Positions 13,169 to 25,400 of a DNA stretch of 64,000 nucleotides are shown one piece after another (position 1 is the stretch's first letter; every line of letters begins with the position of its first letter). Under the pieces are notes generated by a model. It did no database searches. It was not told the origin of the DNA and worked only from the letters and a program-made list of their open reading frames with translations. The stretch covers positions 84,817 to 148,816 of the forward strand of contig NC_068993.1 of assembly GCF_001194135.2 (NCBI RefSeq), read 5' to 3'. This DNA is from Octopus bimaculoides. Its lineage: Eukaryota. Made by a program: the position numbers and the translations under genes.

Positions 13169-13887
13169 TCTATACGTGTGTGTAGACGACGACTCTCTCT
13201 CCTGTGTAATGTGCCCCCATGCAAAATTTCAGCTACCAAAGAGCAAAACTGTTACCTACAAAATGGAACATGTATATTATATTCTCACACTAAAACATAT
13301 ACATATATGTCTGTGTAGACGTACGCATGCACACACGCACGCACACACACACAGAGCACCATGTGAAATTAGGATAAAGTGTCTGGTTGCTGTCATTACT
13401 TGGTCAAACAAATGAACCTGGAACCAACGGTTGACAATACAGAGGGTGAGGTTGTAACGTAGTCGCGTAGCAAGCTAGAAACAGCGGCCAACCGCCTCCA
13501 AAACACATCCAACTTGTCTTCCAATTTACTGGTGGTGTCGACCAGTTTTCCCATTAACCAACACATTGAGTAATAATGTACGAGGTTCAGTATTCCACGG
13601 ACTTGTGCATTCTTAATGTAATTTCTAAGGAGAATGTGCGACAAGGTTGACCCTTGAGGTACAATTCATCCGACGAGCCTACATAGTTTCCGTTATCTCA
13701 GTTTCAGTGATAAGTGTGTTTGCTATCTAGTGTGATCGAACCTCGCATTTTATCATTGCCGAGTTAAATTCTTTAACTTCTTGACCATGCCTACCCCTAA
13801 AAAGACGGCGATAGAAAGTTACATCAGCATCGACTAACAGGCTAAACAACAACAGCAACACACACACACGCACGCACGCGCACACAT

Positions 13888-13925
<38 letters not shown>

Positions 13926-14685
13926 ACACACAGAATATTAGAGACAGCCGTTTGCTCAGTTGAAAAGCAGCCGCCACCCCAGTGCATTGAGCATTGCGAC
14001 ACCTGCACAAGTACTTTCTGAGATGCTGACATTGCAGTTTTATCATTATCTCACCATATTTCACATCAGACAATGGATATTATAGGAATGACTGGGGCGG
14101 GAGGAAGTGCTAGCGTGTCACATACTCCTTTTGCACATAACATGTGTAGTTAAGTGTACACGACTGGCTAATATCTCATTACAGCGACCAAAATAATAAT
14201 TTTAATTATTATTATTGTTATTTTTTGCTTGCTACACTAGGCTAGCGTCTATCCAGACCCTGATCTAAAAGGACATTACTCTAGATCTTGCATTGGGAAG
14301 ACTCGTTAAACTAAACAAATTCTTTCATGTGACTATCCGTCACATGGAATCTCTTCTTGTTTTCCTTATAAGATAAACATAATCGCAATTTCTATTTCAA
14401 ATGCATCTTACACGATCCTTGTTCTTTCTTTATAGTTCTTTATGTTTTATCTTATTCCAATCACTAGATGCGGCCGTGCTGGGGCACCGCCCTGGCATTT
14501 TTAGTCACAGTGTGTGTGTGTGTGTATGTTTGTCCCCCCCTAACATCGCTTGACAACCGATGCTGGTATGTTTACGTCCCCGTAANNNNNNNNNNNNNNN
14601 NNNNNNNNNNNNNNNNNNNNNNNNNNNNNNNNNNNNNNNNNNNNNNNNNNNNNNNNNNNNNNNNNNNNNNNNNNNNNNNNNNNNN

Positions 14686-14723
<38 letters not shown>

Positions 14724-15769
14724 AAAAATGTGTGACCGCTCTTACTGCGGGACCTGCGTCAACCTTATTGAAGGCACAACATATAAATTTGTACCAGGAC
14801 AGACTTTTACCATTAAAAATCTCTTTATATGTTATTCAAAGAATTTAATATACGCTATAAAATGTCAGTGATGTAATGATGATTGCATTGGTGAAACAAA
14901 TCTTACTCTAAGAAATAGATTGACCATTCACCGACAGCAAATACGAAACCCCCGTAATAGACGGCTTCCACTGAGTGGACGAATAGAAATATACGCAAAA
15001 AATAAGTCTCCCACATTCCAGGTCTTCCCATTCTACCTATGTTTAGCGAGTAGCACAGATGAAGCACGGATAAATAAAGAAAATGTTTTCTTACAAATGT
15101 TTTCTTACCAAGACTTGATATACTTTAAAAGAATCCATACACAATTAACCATTCACACGCAAAATTCATTCTGCCACTTATCGTGAGGAAGCTACAAAGC
15201 TAACGACCTGAATTTTAGCCACTGGACTACATATTAACGACTCTTGTCCACTCTGCCTCCAAACAGATTAAACTTGGATTGCTTTGATTATAATTGAACA
15301 TGTTCACTCAACCGTGTCGGCCTTCTTTTTCGGCACAAAATATTCTGTTACGTGACACTAACGCACAGACTTAGCGGGAAACGTGCAAAAAGTTACAAAA
15401 TTAATTGTGTTCATTCTCTACAAATACAAATACTACAAATAATTCAGAGCATTGATTGTTTGGACATGTTCAGTCAAGTGTGTCAGCTTTAACTTACGAC
15501 GCCAAACATTGTCACTTAATACTAACACACGAACGTAGCGGGAAACCAACAAAATTTCTAAGACCAGTTATGTGACTATCCTCTTCCAATCAAATCCTAT
15601 ACAAAACATATACTTATTTGAGCCATGAACTCACTATAAAGATAGAGCAAGCTTCAAACACGAGTCAGAAGTAACCCATCTTGGTGAGATTCGCCTCGCA
15701 ATTTTTGGATGTTGGTGTTGATTTCTTTAGAACGCGAGTTAAATGGTTACACACTGTTATTATATATTG

Positions 15770-17360
15770 TTGTAGGTTTCCCCATGCGGGTGAACCAGGA
15801 TCAGTTAAATTTTGAAATTGTTGAATTTCTGTCGTTGCGTTCTGCCTGCTTTTGAAAATTGTTTCTTCCTCATTATGTGTGGAGTGGGAAAAAGAGAAGA
15901 AATGGAGCGTGTCGCAAGTTATGCATTCGCAACTACAAAAGGTATTACGACCAACACCCTTGAAGTTCGCGAGATAAAAATAGACACAAAGGAATGGAAA
16001 AAAGGAAACAAATTGTTACAAAAGGAAGGGGCCAGCTTAAAGCTGACCCCACCAGAAGAAGTGACGAAGAATCTAGCAAGGAAAACGGTTGTGTACAGGA
16101 CATTATCAACCGCTACCAAAAAAAATAAAGATTACTCCAATAGATGCAATTAAGGAATGTCTAGGTGACGTGAAAATACTAACCACCTTTTATATGCGTG
16201 GGAAGAAATACGGCACAGTAGAGGTTAGGTTCTCCAGTGAGGAGGACGCTATTAACCACTTCACTGAGCCAATAAGAACACAAGAGTGGGTGCTGCTGCC
16301 GATGTACTGTGGCAAACGTGTTGCCAGAGTGAGAGTCGGCAGAGTGCCCCTCGAGATCGAAGAGGCATGGCTGGTGGCATCAGTTATGCACGGAATGGAG
16401 GAAGATGCAAGGATTCTGAACATAACCAGAATGTAGGAAGTCGATTGATGGAGCTACGGCCTAGAAATCACAATTCAAGTCGGGTTAAAATGCCTACATG
16501 GAATTGTAGACGAGATTCTTCTACCGGAAGACATTAGCTAAGAGTGGTAGTTGGGGGGTGGGGGGGAAGACATCCAACATGTTTTATTATGTAAACAAAA
16601 GGGACACATGAAGGCAAAGTGCCCTCAGCAAGAAAGTGAAGTAGAGGAACAACAAGAGCAGCCCGCCGAAGAGGAAGGGTTGGAAATAGAGGAGAATAAA
16701 GAGGAGACGTTTATTGTTGTAAATAAGCGTAAGAGAGAGGAGCGGGGGGGAGCTCTCCGACAGAGAACCAAAAACGAAAGAAAGAAGTAGAGGAGAAAAT
16801 AGTGGAGGTAGAGAGGAACTGGGCAGATATACCAGCAATAGTATCACAACATAGAGTGGAGGATATAATGGTGAACGATTGTGGTTATGTAGAGACGGAG
16901 GAAGGAAAGGAAATGACTAGCTGGGACAGTTCAGGTCTGGGCAATAAACAAGTAAACGCGAATAAGAAAAGGTGACGTAGTAACATATTTAAAAAGTACC
17001 GCCTAGAGCGGAAAATAACGAAGTTTAAAGGTGCCATAAGGATTAAATTACCAGCTGAACGTTACCCCGAACACATAAAGGGAGTGGTGATTGACAAGGA
17101 AAGGTATAAAAGGTTAAAAGAACTATTTAAAGGTGATGTGAACCATTTGGGGGAATAAATTGAATTTGAAGAACTACCAAGAGTAGTTACATACGCGGAG
17201 TTAATACCTCGAATGAATGGTAATAAAGGAATACTTCAAAAGAAGAAGAAAAAAAAAGAAATAGGCTTTTTAACAAAGGAGAAAAAGAAAAGGAAAAAGG
17301 AAATAGATTTTAATTTTAAAAAAAAAACGGGGAAAAAAAGAGAACTCTCTTAACTTGTAT
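15770..17360 (+). mobile_element. ORF1-only LINE-like element (gag-like ORF1 with CCHC knuckle), decayed
   Basis: Frameshifted ORF from about 15873: RRM-like region, CFLCKQKGHMKAKC zinc knuckle (needs one frameshift), acidic/basic tail, then an A-rich end. No APE or RT motif follows. Confidence 0.7.
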
Positions 17361-17389
17361 AAATTAACAGTAAAATGGTACTGCTTGAG

Positions 17390-19405
17390 AAGTGGGGTTC
17401 AATGCAATCTTTGGAATTTGGAATTTCTATGGTGTTTTGTCTCAGGTTCATCCCTGTATAACATTCAACAGTAGTCAGCTAACATTCTTGCATTCCAAAA
17501 TCCTTGATGTCGTTGTTCCATCGATGCAATATCTTGATGAAAGCGTTCCCTTGCTCATCAGACACTGCTCCAAGGTTCTCTGCAAAAAAGTCCAGATGTG
17601 AATCAAGGAAATGGACTTTTAGTGACATCCGAAGCCCATTGCAGCATAGGAGTCTAGAAGATATGTCTCTCCATTTCTAAACTCTAGAGATCTCTTGTTG
17701 CCTAGGAAATTTTCACAAAGCCATTTGAAGGATTCCCAGGCTTTAAGCTCAATCTCATCCAGTGCTGTGAGGAAATGGTTGTCCTTCAAGAGTTCTTTTA
17801 TCTGCGGACCTATGAATACGCTCTCCTTCAGTTTTGCCTTGGTGATTTTNNNNNNNNNNNNNNNNNNNNNNNNNNNNNNNNNNNNNNNNNNNNNNNNNNN
17901 NNNNNNNNNNNNNNNNNNNNNNNNNNNNNNNNNNNNNNNNNNNNNNNNNNNNNNNNNNNNNNNNNNNNNNNNNNNNNNNNNNNNNNNNNNNNNNNNNNNN
18001 NNNNNNNNNNNNNNNNNNNNNNNNNNNNNNNNNNNNNNNNNNNNNNNNNNNNNNNNNNNNNNNNNNNNNNNNNNNNNNNNNNNNNNNNNNNNNNNNNNNN
18101 NNNNNNNNNNNNNNNNNNNNNNNNNNNNNNNNNNNNNNNNNNNNNNNNNNNNNNNNNNNNNNNNNNNNNNNNNNNNNNNNNNNNNNNNNNNNNNNNNNNN
18201 NNNNNNNNNNNNNNNNNNNNNNNNNNNNNNNNNNNNNNNNNNNNNNNNNNNNNNNNNNNNNNNNNNNNNNNNNNNNNNNNNNNNNNNNNNNNNNNNNNNN
18301 NNNNNNNNNNNNNNNNNNNNNNNNNNNNNNNNNNNNNNNNNNNNNNNNNNNNNATGTCCTATGGGAATGGATGGTTTCTTATTGCCGTTGTGTAGTAGTA
18401 CTGCCTTGAGGCTTCTCTAAGATGAATCAATGAATAAGCGCCATTCAGCTGGAACATGCTCTTGGAACAAACAGCGAAATAACTCATCAGTGTTAATACT
18501 GAAAGAAAGTGGTCCATCAACAGAGAAGCATGAAGTCAGATCCCTATTTCTCTTCCTGAAATGAGTAAGACAAACATCTTTCTTAAGCAGACATTTTTCT
18601 TGTAGGCGAGATGCTAATAGTTCAGCTTTATCCTTCGACAATGACAAGTCTCTGACTAAATCATTTAACTCTTCTTGAGAAAATTTCTGTGGTACATCTT
18701 CATTTTCAATCGTGAAATATGCATCCACTTCGGTGTTTTCCACAGCAGTAGTATTTTCTTCAGGAAATACATCTCCGTCAGACATCTGAAGGCCATTTTC
18801 TGGTGGCATTTGAATAGGAAGATCCTCATCGTTGTGTGGTACTGGTTTTCTTGCTGATTCCAAGTTGGGATACACAATTTTATATTTGGTCTTTACAGTA
18901 AACCCACATACATTAACGTTGCAGAAATAACAGCCCATGAAATGATCCTTCGGCTCTCTCCATATCATAGGTATTGCAAACGGCATTGCTCTCTTCCTCT
19001 TATTTAGCCAATCCCTTAGTCCATATGAACAAGCTGAGCAGATGATGTGCGGGGCCCAACTCTTATCTTGATCCCCGAGAGAGGAGCCAAAGTATAACTG
19101 GTAGATCTTCTTGATTTCACTTGTGATGACACGTTTCTGAGCTTTGGTGGTAAATGAACCACAGACATGACAAAATATATCAGGACTATTCTAGCAATGC
19201 CTTGACATCCTGAGTAGAATTTGATTATGACCTGGCACCTTAAACAGAAAGTAAAATTTATGAAAAGAAAAGATTATGAAAACATAAAATTACAGAAAAA
19301 CTGTGCCTGATAGAAGGAAACCGATTACATTTTTGAAATCCACGGACAAAACTACATATAAAACACCATATAATATCCCTGATGAAAATTGGCTGTTGAC
19401 CAGTG
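17390..19405 (-). mobile_element. Chapaev3 (CMC superfamily) DNA transposon, decayed, spans an assembly gap
   Basis: ATG at 19208: MSRHC*NSPDIFCHVCG...WAPHIICSAC...WREPKDHFMGCYFC (Chapa zinc finger), FIDSS*RSLKAVLLHNGN, then after the gap SLKVHFLDSHLDFF, SDEQGERFHQDI, MLADYC. The 5' terminus is CACTGGTCAACA flanked by TWA. The 3' terminus is not found. Confidence 0.85.
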
Positions 19406-19657
19406 TAATCGTTGATTCTATCCATTATCAGAGCTGCGTTTTTTTTTTTGTTTGCGCGCATGTTTGTTCGTCAGTGTGTATGTGTATTCACATATATATG
19501 TATGTATGCGTGTGTGTACGTTTGTCTTATGTATTCTGCATATTCGTGTGTGTGTGTGTGATGACATCAATATTCTAGTTAGGACAAAATGTAGTTAGTA
19601 ACTGTAATGTAAAAACTGAGAGGAANNNNNNNNNNNNNNNNNNNNNNNNNNTATATA

Positions 19658-19693
<36 letters not shown>

Positions 19694-19859
19694 TGTATGC
19701 GTGTGTGTACGTTTGTCTTATGTATTCTGCATATTCGTGTGTGTGTGTGTGATGACATCAATATTCTAGTTAGGACAAAATGTAGTTAGTAACTGTAATG
19801 TAAAAACTGAGAGGAACATAATGAAGAACATCCAGCATGTATCTAACTCCATCCACCAA

Positions 19860-20272
19860 AATATCACGGTAACTATAGATTACCCCCACGAGGCACCATA
19901 ACAATAGACTCTCTGGCCTTCATACTGAACTTTGGTTAGAGACGGTGAACAACAGAGCGCAGGTTGTTTTTTTCTGACACGAAATTTTTTTGCAATTGAC
20001 CTTATTGATTTTCCTGGATTGTCTTCAATGTTTTGCTTTACTTCCTGAATAAACTCCAGTGTCCTGATAGAATCAGAGCGTTTAGAATGCTTTTTACGTT
20101 TTGATACAGGTAATACGCTTCCATTTTCTTTGTCTAACTCACACCGAATCTTGTAGACAAAAGATCTTGCAACTTTCAGAAAACGAGAAATTTCTAAATC
20201 CCCATGTTTAGCCTTCAAAGCCACAATGACAGCATCTCTTTTTATTTCATTTGTAAGCATAAGGCCTGTCAC
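19860..20272 (-). mobile_element. Tc1/mariner-superfamily transposase N-terminal fragment (maT/DD37D-like)
   Basis: KRDAVIVALKAKHGDLEISRFLKVARSFVYK...RKKHSKRSDSIRTLEFI...NPGKSIRSIAK (HTH region). The subfamily is inferred; the catalytic domain is absent. Confidence 0.65.
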
Positions 20273-20314
20273 TGTGATTTTCTGAAATAGAAGTTCAATA
20301 AAAATTACTCAAAT

Positions 20315-20354
<40 letters not shown>

Positions 20355-20355
<1 letters not shown>

Positions 20356-20495
20356 ATACTGAAAATCGAGATCGAGCTAGTGTTTGCCCCTTTTGTTCCA
20401 CATGTGGTTTCCGTACACGCTGAGCTCGCCCTGGAACACCTACGTTGCCGTTTGACAGACTTACCGTCCCAGTCAAACTACCTGGATTTACTGTC
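20355..20495 (-). pseudogene. 28S rRNA-derived fragment (conserved 3'-half core)
   Basis: Reverse complement AGTTTGACTGGGACGGTAAGTCTGTCAAACGGCAACGTAGGTGTTCCAGGGCGAGCTCAG...GGAAACC...AAAAGGGGCAAA...GATCTCGATTTTCAGTA matches the eukaryotic LSU consensus AGTTTGACTGGGGCGGTACA.CTGTCAAACGGTAACGCAGGTGTCC.AAGGCGAGCTCAG...GATCTTGATTTTCAGTA. Confidence 0.85.
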
Positions 20496-21406
20496 ATGCA
20501 TCGGTTGCGTCGGCACCCGTCAAGGCACTCAGCATGCGCCGTACGCTACTCACCAGAGTAACGCAAGCACGCACGTACGCGTGCTTACATATATGTATGC
20601 ATGTATGCACGTTTGTGCAATACATATATAATGCACGTTTGTGCAATACATATATAATGCACGTTGATAGATTCAGCAATTGAAATTACAAATTTTTTTT
20701 TTCACTGTCTTTAACTTAGTACATTAGACAATTCGCGTTTCGTGTTACGAACGAATGTATGCGTTGACTAATCTACCAAGTTAATGTAAATAAAACACAC
20801 GTGTGTGTGTGTGTGTTTGCGCGCGCATGTAGAGTTCTGCTTATTCAACGTTAATTAAAATATGTTTCTAGTTAATTTTATAAGCTGTAGAAATGATAAT
20901 GAAATGGCTCTTTGCTGCATCAGTCCATTTATAAAAAGAAATAATGATTTCATTTTAATTTTCAGTCGACCCTATTACATTTGTTTGGTTCAGTTATAAT
21001 GTTGTTTTATTAAAGTTATGTTTAAACTCATTGCTTTTGCGCTAAAATTAAGATGTAAGATTTGTTTGTTCGATGAAAAGACAATAACCGAATCGAACTG
21101 AATCTATTAACATTAAAAATACGTTTAGTCAAGTTGCTTTTGATGACAGAAAAGTTGTTAAATAAAATAAAAGCGAATTAAAATTTAACAACTTGCAGAG
21201 AACAGCTGTAAAAGTAGATTAACATTTCATCAGAAGCGATCTGCAAAATATTTTAAATTCTTTGTTTGAAATTAGTCTTGGAACACTACCTACTTAACTC
21301 GTTGAAAATTGCCAAACAATTATTTGGCTTTTGTGTTGTGTGGTTTATTTGTTCATTTTTCTTTTGTTATCCATTATATTAATGAACTTTTAGTGTATAA
21401 ATAATA

Positions 21407-21481
<75 letters not shown>

Positions 21482-22914
21482 TAATGTATAAAACTGCTGA
21501 ATATTCAGAGGTTCCTTCTTTACCATCCGTCAACATATTAGTTTTTCGAGAATATCACTGCAATGACATGACCACGACACGCTGGTATAGCACCCGGGTG
21601 CTATACCAGCATGCCAAAGAACAACCTGGTGGTGTAGTAGACCGGATTAGCATAGAAATCCTGATGACGCATCGTTACGGCAAATACAAGAGTCAGTCCT
21701 CATAATGGAAACACGACCAATTTTGAATAGCAAGTACACGTAGATAAAAGCCTTACAATTATCCATGGTTGCAGACGTTGTTCACATAAAATACAGAACG
21801 TGAACGTAAATAAAAAAAGATGCATTTACGAAGAAAACGGAAAATAACAGAAAGGAAACCAAAACCAAGTCCAAAGTCTCGATCTTATCTGATATGAACG
21901 AAATTTAACAAACACACATATGGACGCACATACTTACACATAAGCACGAACACATACGAACGTGCGCACACTCACATGCTCATACCGGACAATTTCAAAA
22001 CAACGCTAAATCATACATTCAAAATAAATGGAAGCAGAGAGACAAGTTACTGATGAGATTGCAAAAGTGCAATGAAATGATTTAACAAAAAAAAAAAAGA
22101 CAAAAAAAAAACGGAAAACTAAATACTGTTTATAAATTAATAAAGGACTGAACCAGTGCGTGTGTTTATTACCGGCATAATGCCTCTTCCAAGGTTTAAT
22201 TGTACCAAAGATTTGCAAACTTTAAATGCTATTAATTCTTTATTTATTGATTTATGGCGAAAATGAATTTCATATCAATGATTACTTAACAAAGCTACAC
22301 CAATACGCCAAATATGTAATCAATTGGAACAAAAATTGAAGAAATTGAAAAGTGGCAGCCAAAAAGAAAAGGTCCTCCGGGGTCACTCTAGTGCCCTGGA
22401 GGAGTTTTCGACTACCAGCTCAACCCTGCTCATCTCCGTCACTGCTGAGCAAGCTGGGAAATTCTTGCTTGCTCAGCCTCAGCTTGATATTGACAATATT
22501 GTTTACAACATTTAATCAAAATAAATTATAATACTATTATTATTTAATAATATATTATACAGTGACTGTATTATATAATACAGTGACTGAAGTCGTGAGC
22601 ACCGGTAGTGGACCAATGCTCAGATTAGAGAAGTTATGGTGCCCCGATACATGGATCTCCACTTCATAGAGGAGGCTTAAGTTCAGAAGAGCATTTACTT
22701 GGAGAAAAATATGTAAGTCAGGGCTCAGCAGGAAGACAAGGATGACCTCTTCGATTCTACCGTTGAACCAACTTGTCCTTATACAGGACAAAAGCATGGA
22801 TACTAACAGCTACATAGAGTTACGCTGGGCGGTTGTTACACCAGGATATTAAAAACAGTAAACTGGAAAAATATTTTGGTATTATCTATTCTGTATTACA
22901 TGTTTCATTACTAA

Positions 22915-22980
22915 GGTGATGCCTTAGATAGAAACAACTACAGAGGTATTAAACTGCTAGACCAAATCATGAAAATTTTC
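22915..22980 (+). mobile_element. RTE-clade LINE RT sliver
   Basis: GDALDRNNYRGIKLLDQIMKIF, the start of a non-LTR RT domain. Confidence 0.65.
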
Positions 22981-23293
22981 CTTCATACACTATGCCTAGC
23001 TCTCACTCTCTAGTCCTGTCCTCACACCCCAGTTCCTCTGTATCATTGCTCTCCAGTAGCCCCTCCAACTCTATATATACCCTGGCCTTTCGCTACTTAC
23101 TCGCACATTTTAATCACAATATCCTTTCACTTATATTATGGCATTTGAACCTCAAGGGTATGCCCTGGCACTTGCCACCATCTATATATATCTCTCTCTT
23201 CCTTTACTCAACCATCCCATTTATATTCTGATCCCCGTTCCTTGTGAATATGCCCGGCATTTTTGCTACCACCTCCATCCTGCAGTCTTCTAC

Positions 23294-23337
<44 letters not shown>

Positions 23338-24094
23338 NNNNNNNNNNNNNNNNNNNNNNNNNNNNNNNNNNNNNNNNNNNNNNNNNNNNNNNNNNNNNNN
23401 NNNNNNNNNNNNNNNNNNNNNNNNNNNNNNNNNNNNNNNNNNNNNNNNNNNNNNNNNNNNNNNNNNNNNNNNNNNNNNNNNNNNNNNNNNNNNNNNNNNN
23501 NNNNNNNNNNNNNNNNNNNNNNNNNNNNNNNNNNNNNNNNNNNNNNNNNNNNNNNNNNNNNNNNNNNNNNNNNNNNNNNNNNNNNNNNNNNNNNNNNNNN
23601 NNNNNNNNNNNNNNNNNNNNNNNNNNNNNNNNNNNNNNNNNNNNNNNNNNNNNNNNNNNNNNNNNNNNNNNNNNNNNNNNNNNNNNNNNNNNNNNNNNNN
23701 NNNNNNNNNNNNNNNNNNNNNNNNNNNNNNNNNNNNNNNNNNNNNNNNNNNNNNNNNNNNNNNNNNNNNNNNNNNNNNNNNNNNNNNNNNNNNNNNNNNN
23801 NNNNNNNNNNNNNNNNNNNNNNNNNNNNNNNNNNNNNNNNNNNNNNNNNNNNNNNNNNNNNNNNNNNNNNNNNNNNNNNNNNNNNNNNNNNNNNNNNNNN
23901 NNNNNNNNNNNNNNNNNNNNNNNNNNNNNNNNNNNNNNNNNNNNNNNNNNNNNNNNNNNNNNNNNNNNNNNNNNNNNNNNNNNNNNNNNNNNNNNNNNNN
24001 NNNNNNNNNNNNNNNNNNNNNNNNNNATATATATATATATATATATATATAATGCTGAATATTAATTAGGAGTCATATAGTTAGAGAATATTGT

Positions 24095-24441
24095 CGCTTA
24101 CGACGTCCAGGGTTCCAGTTGATCCGATCAATGGAACAGCCTGCTCGTGAAATTAACGTGCAAGTGGCTGAGCACTCCACAGACACGTGGACCCTTAACG
24201 TAGTTCTCGGGAATATTCAGCGTGACACAGTGTGACAAGTCTGACTCTTTGAATTACAGGCAGAACAGGAAGTAAGAGTGAGAGAAAGTTGTGGTGAAAG
24301 AGTACAGCAGGGTTCGCCACCATCCCCTGCCGGAGCCTCGTGGAGCTTTAGGTGTTTTCGCTCAATAAACACTCACAACGCCCGGTCTGGGAATAGAAAC
24401 CGCGAGTTTGCTACCCTAACCACTGGGCCATTGCGCCTCCA
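24095..24441 (-). mobile_element. tRNA-derived SINE, second family
   Basis: Reverse complement head GTGGAGGCGCAATGGCCCAGTGGTTAGGG (A box) ... GGTTTCTATTCCCAGACC (decayed B box). Confidence 0.75.
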
Positions 24442-24556
24442 CTGTTAGAGAATATAGAGAAAAAACAAAAGTAATATTTAGAAAGAGAGAGAGAGAGAGA
24501 GAAATGTAATACACATGCATATTCATGCGTGTGTGTGTGTGCGCGCGCGCTATCTG

Positions 24557-25400
24557 GGATCTGGACAAAAGCCCTACCGTTATATTTTTCGTCTAGTTTT
24601 TCGTTTTTAGAATTTTTAGTTGAATGCACCGACCCCCACCCTCCCTTTTTTTTTTTTAACTTGTTGCAATTATTAGACTTGAAGAATTTTTAGATGGCTG
24701 TATGGAACCTCGAATTTTTTTTAAGCTTCATCAAAACCACTTCTGTGATGTAATTCATTTTTGTTTTTCTTTTTACTTGTTGCAGTCATTAGACTGCGGC
24801 AATGTTGGGGCACCACCTTGAGGAATTTTTTAAGAAAATTGGCTGTTATTTCTAGCATGTGGAGATACCTTCTAGTCTTAACTTCGTGCGCTGGTTGAAA
24901 ATCATTTACAAAACTTCTAGGGTCGTTACTTTCGACTAAAAATTCTTCAGGGAAATTCATCAGTATGGCAGCAGTCTAATAACTGCAACAAGTAAAAAGG
25001 AAAAAGAAATTCTGTGGTCGATACGTTCAACTAAAAATTCTTCAAGGTGGTGCCCCAGCATGGCTGCAGTCTANNNNNNNNNNNNNNNNNNNNNNNNNNN
25101 NNNNNNNNNNNNNNNNNNNNNNNNNNNNNNNNNNNNNNNNNNNNNNNNNNNNNNNNNNNNNNNNNNNNNNNNNNNNNNNNNNNNNNNNNNNNNNNNNNNN
25201 NNNNNNNNNNNNNNNNNNNNNNNNNNNNNNNNNNNNNNNNNNNNNNNNNNNNNNNNNNNNNNNNNNNNNNNNNNNNNNNNNNNNNNNNNNNNNNNTAGGG
25301 GGCTTTTGTCCGTGGAGTCTTTTGTCTGTGGTCGTTGGTCCGTGGGGGGAGGGGGGCTTTTGTCCGTGGGCTTTGGTCCGTGGGGCTTTTGTCCTATACC
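24557..25400. mobile_element. Non-autonomous TIR element with GGACAAAAGCCC termini and subterminal tandem copies
   Basis: ggatctGGACAAAAGCCC at 24557 pairs with GGGCTTTTGTCCtatacc ending at 25400. Several ggggcttttgtccg repeats lie at 25298-25395. No TSD is seen. Confidence 0.5.

Noticed and set aside
13560-13700. Minus-strand IVPQGSTLSHILLRNYIKN resembling the RT motif GVPQGS
   Set aside because: No YADD motif follows and nothing else aligns. It may be a LINE relic but is too weak to call.
19480-19815. Exact ~125-bp direct repeat on both sides of a short N gap
   Set aside because: Identical copies flanking a gap are typical of unmerged contig overlap.
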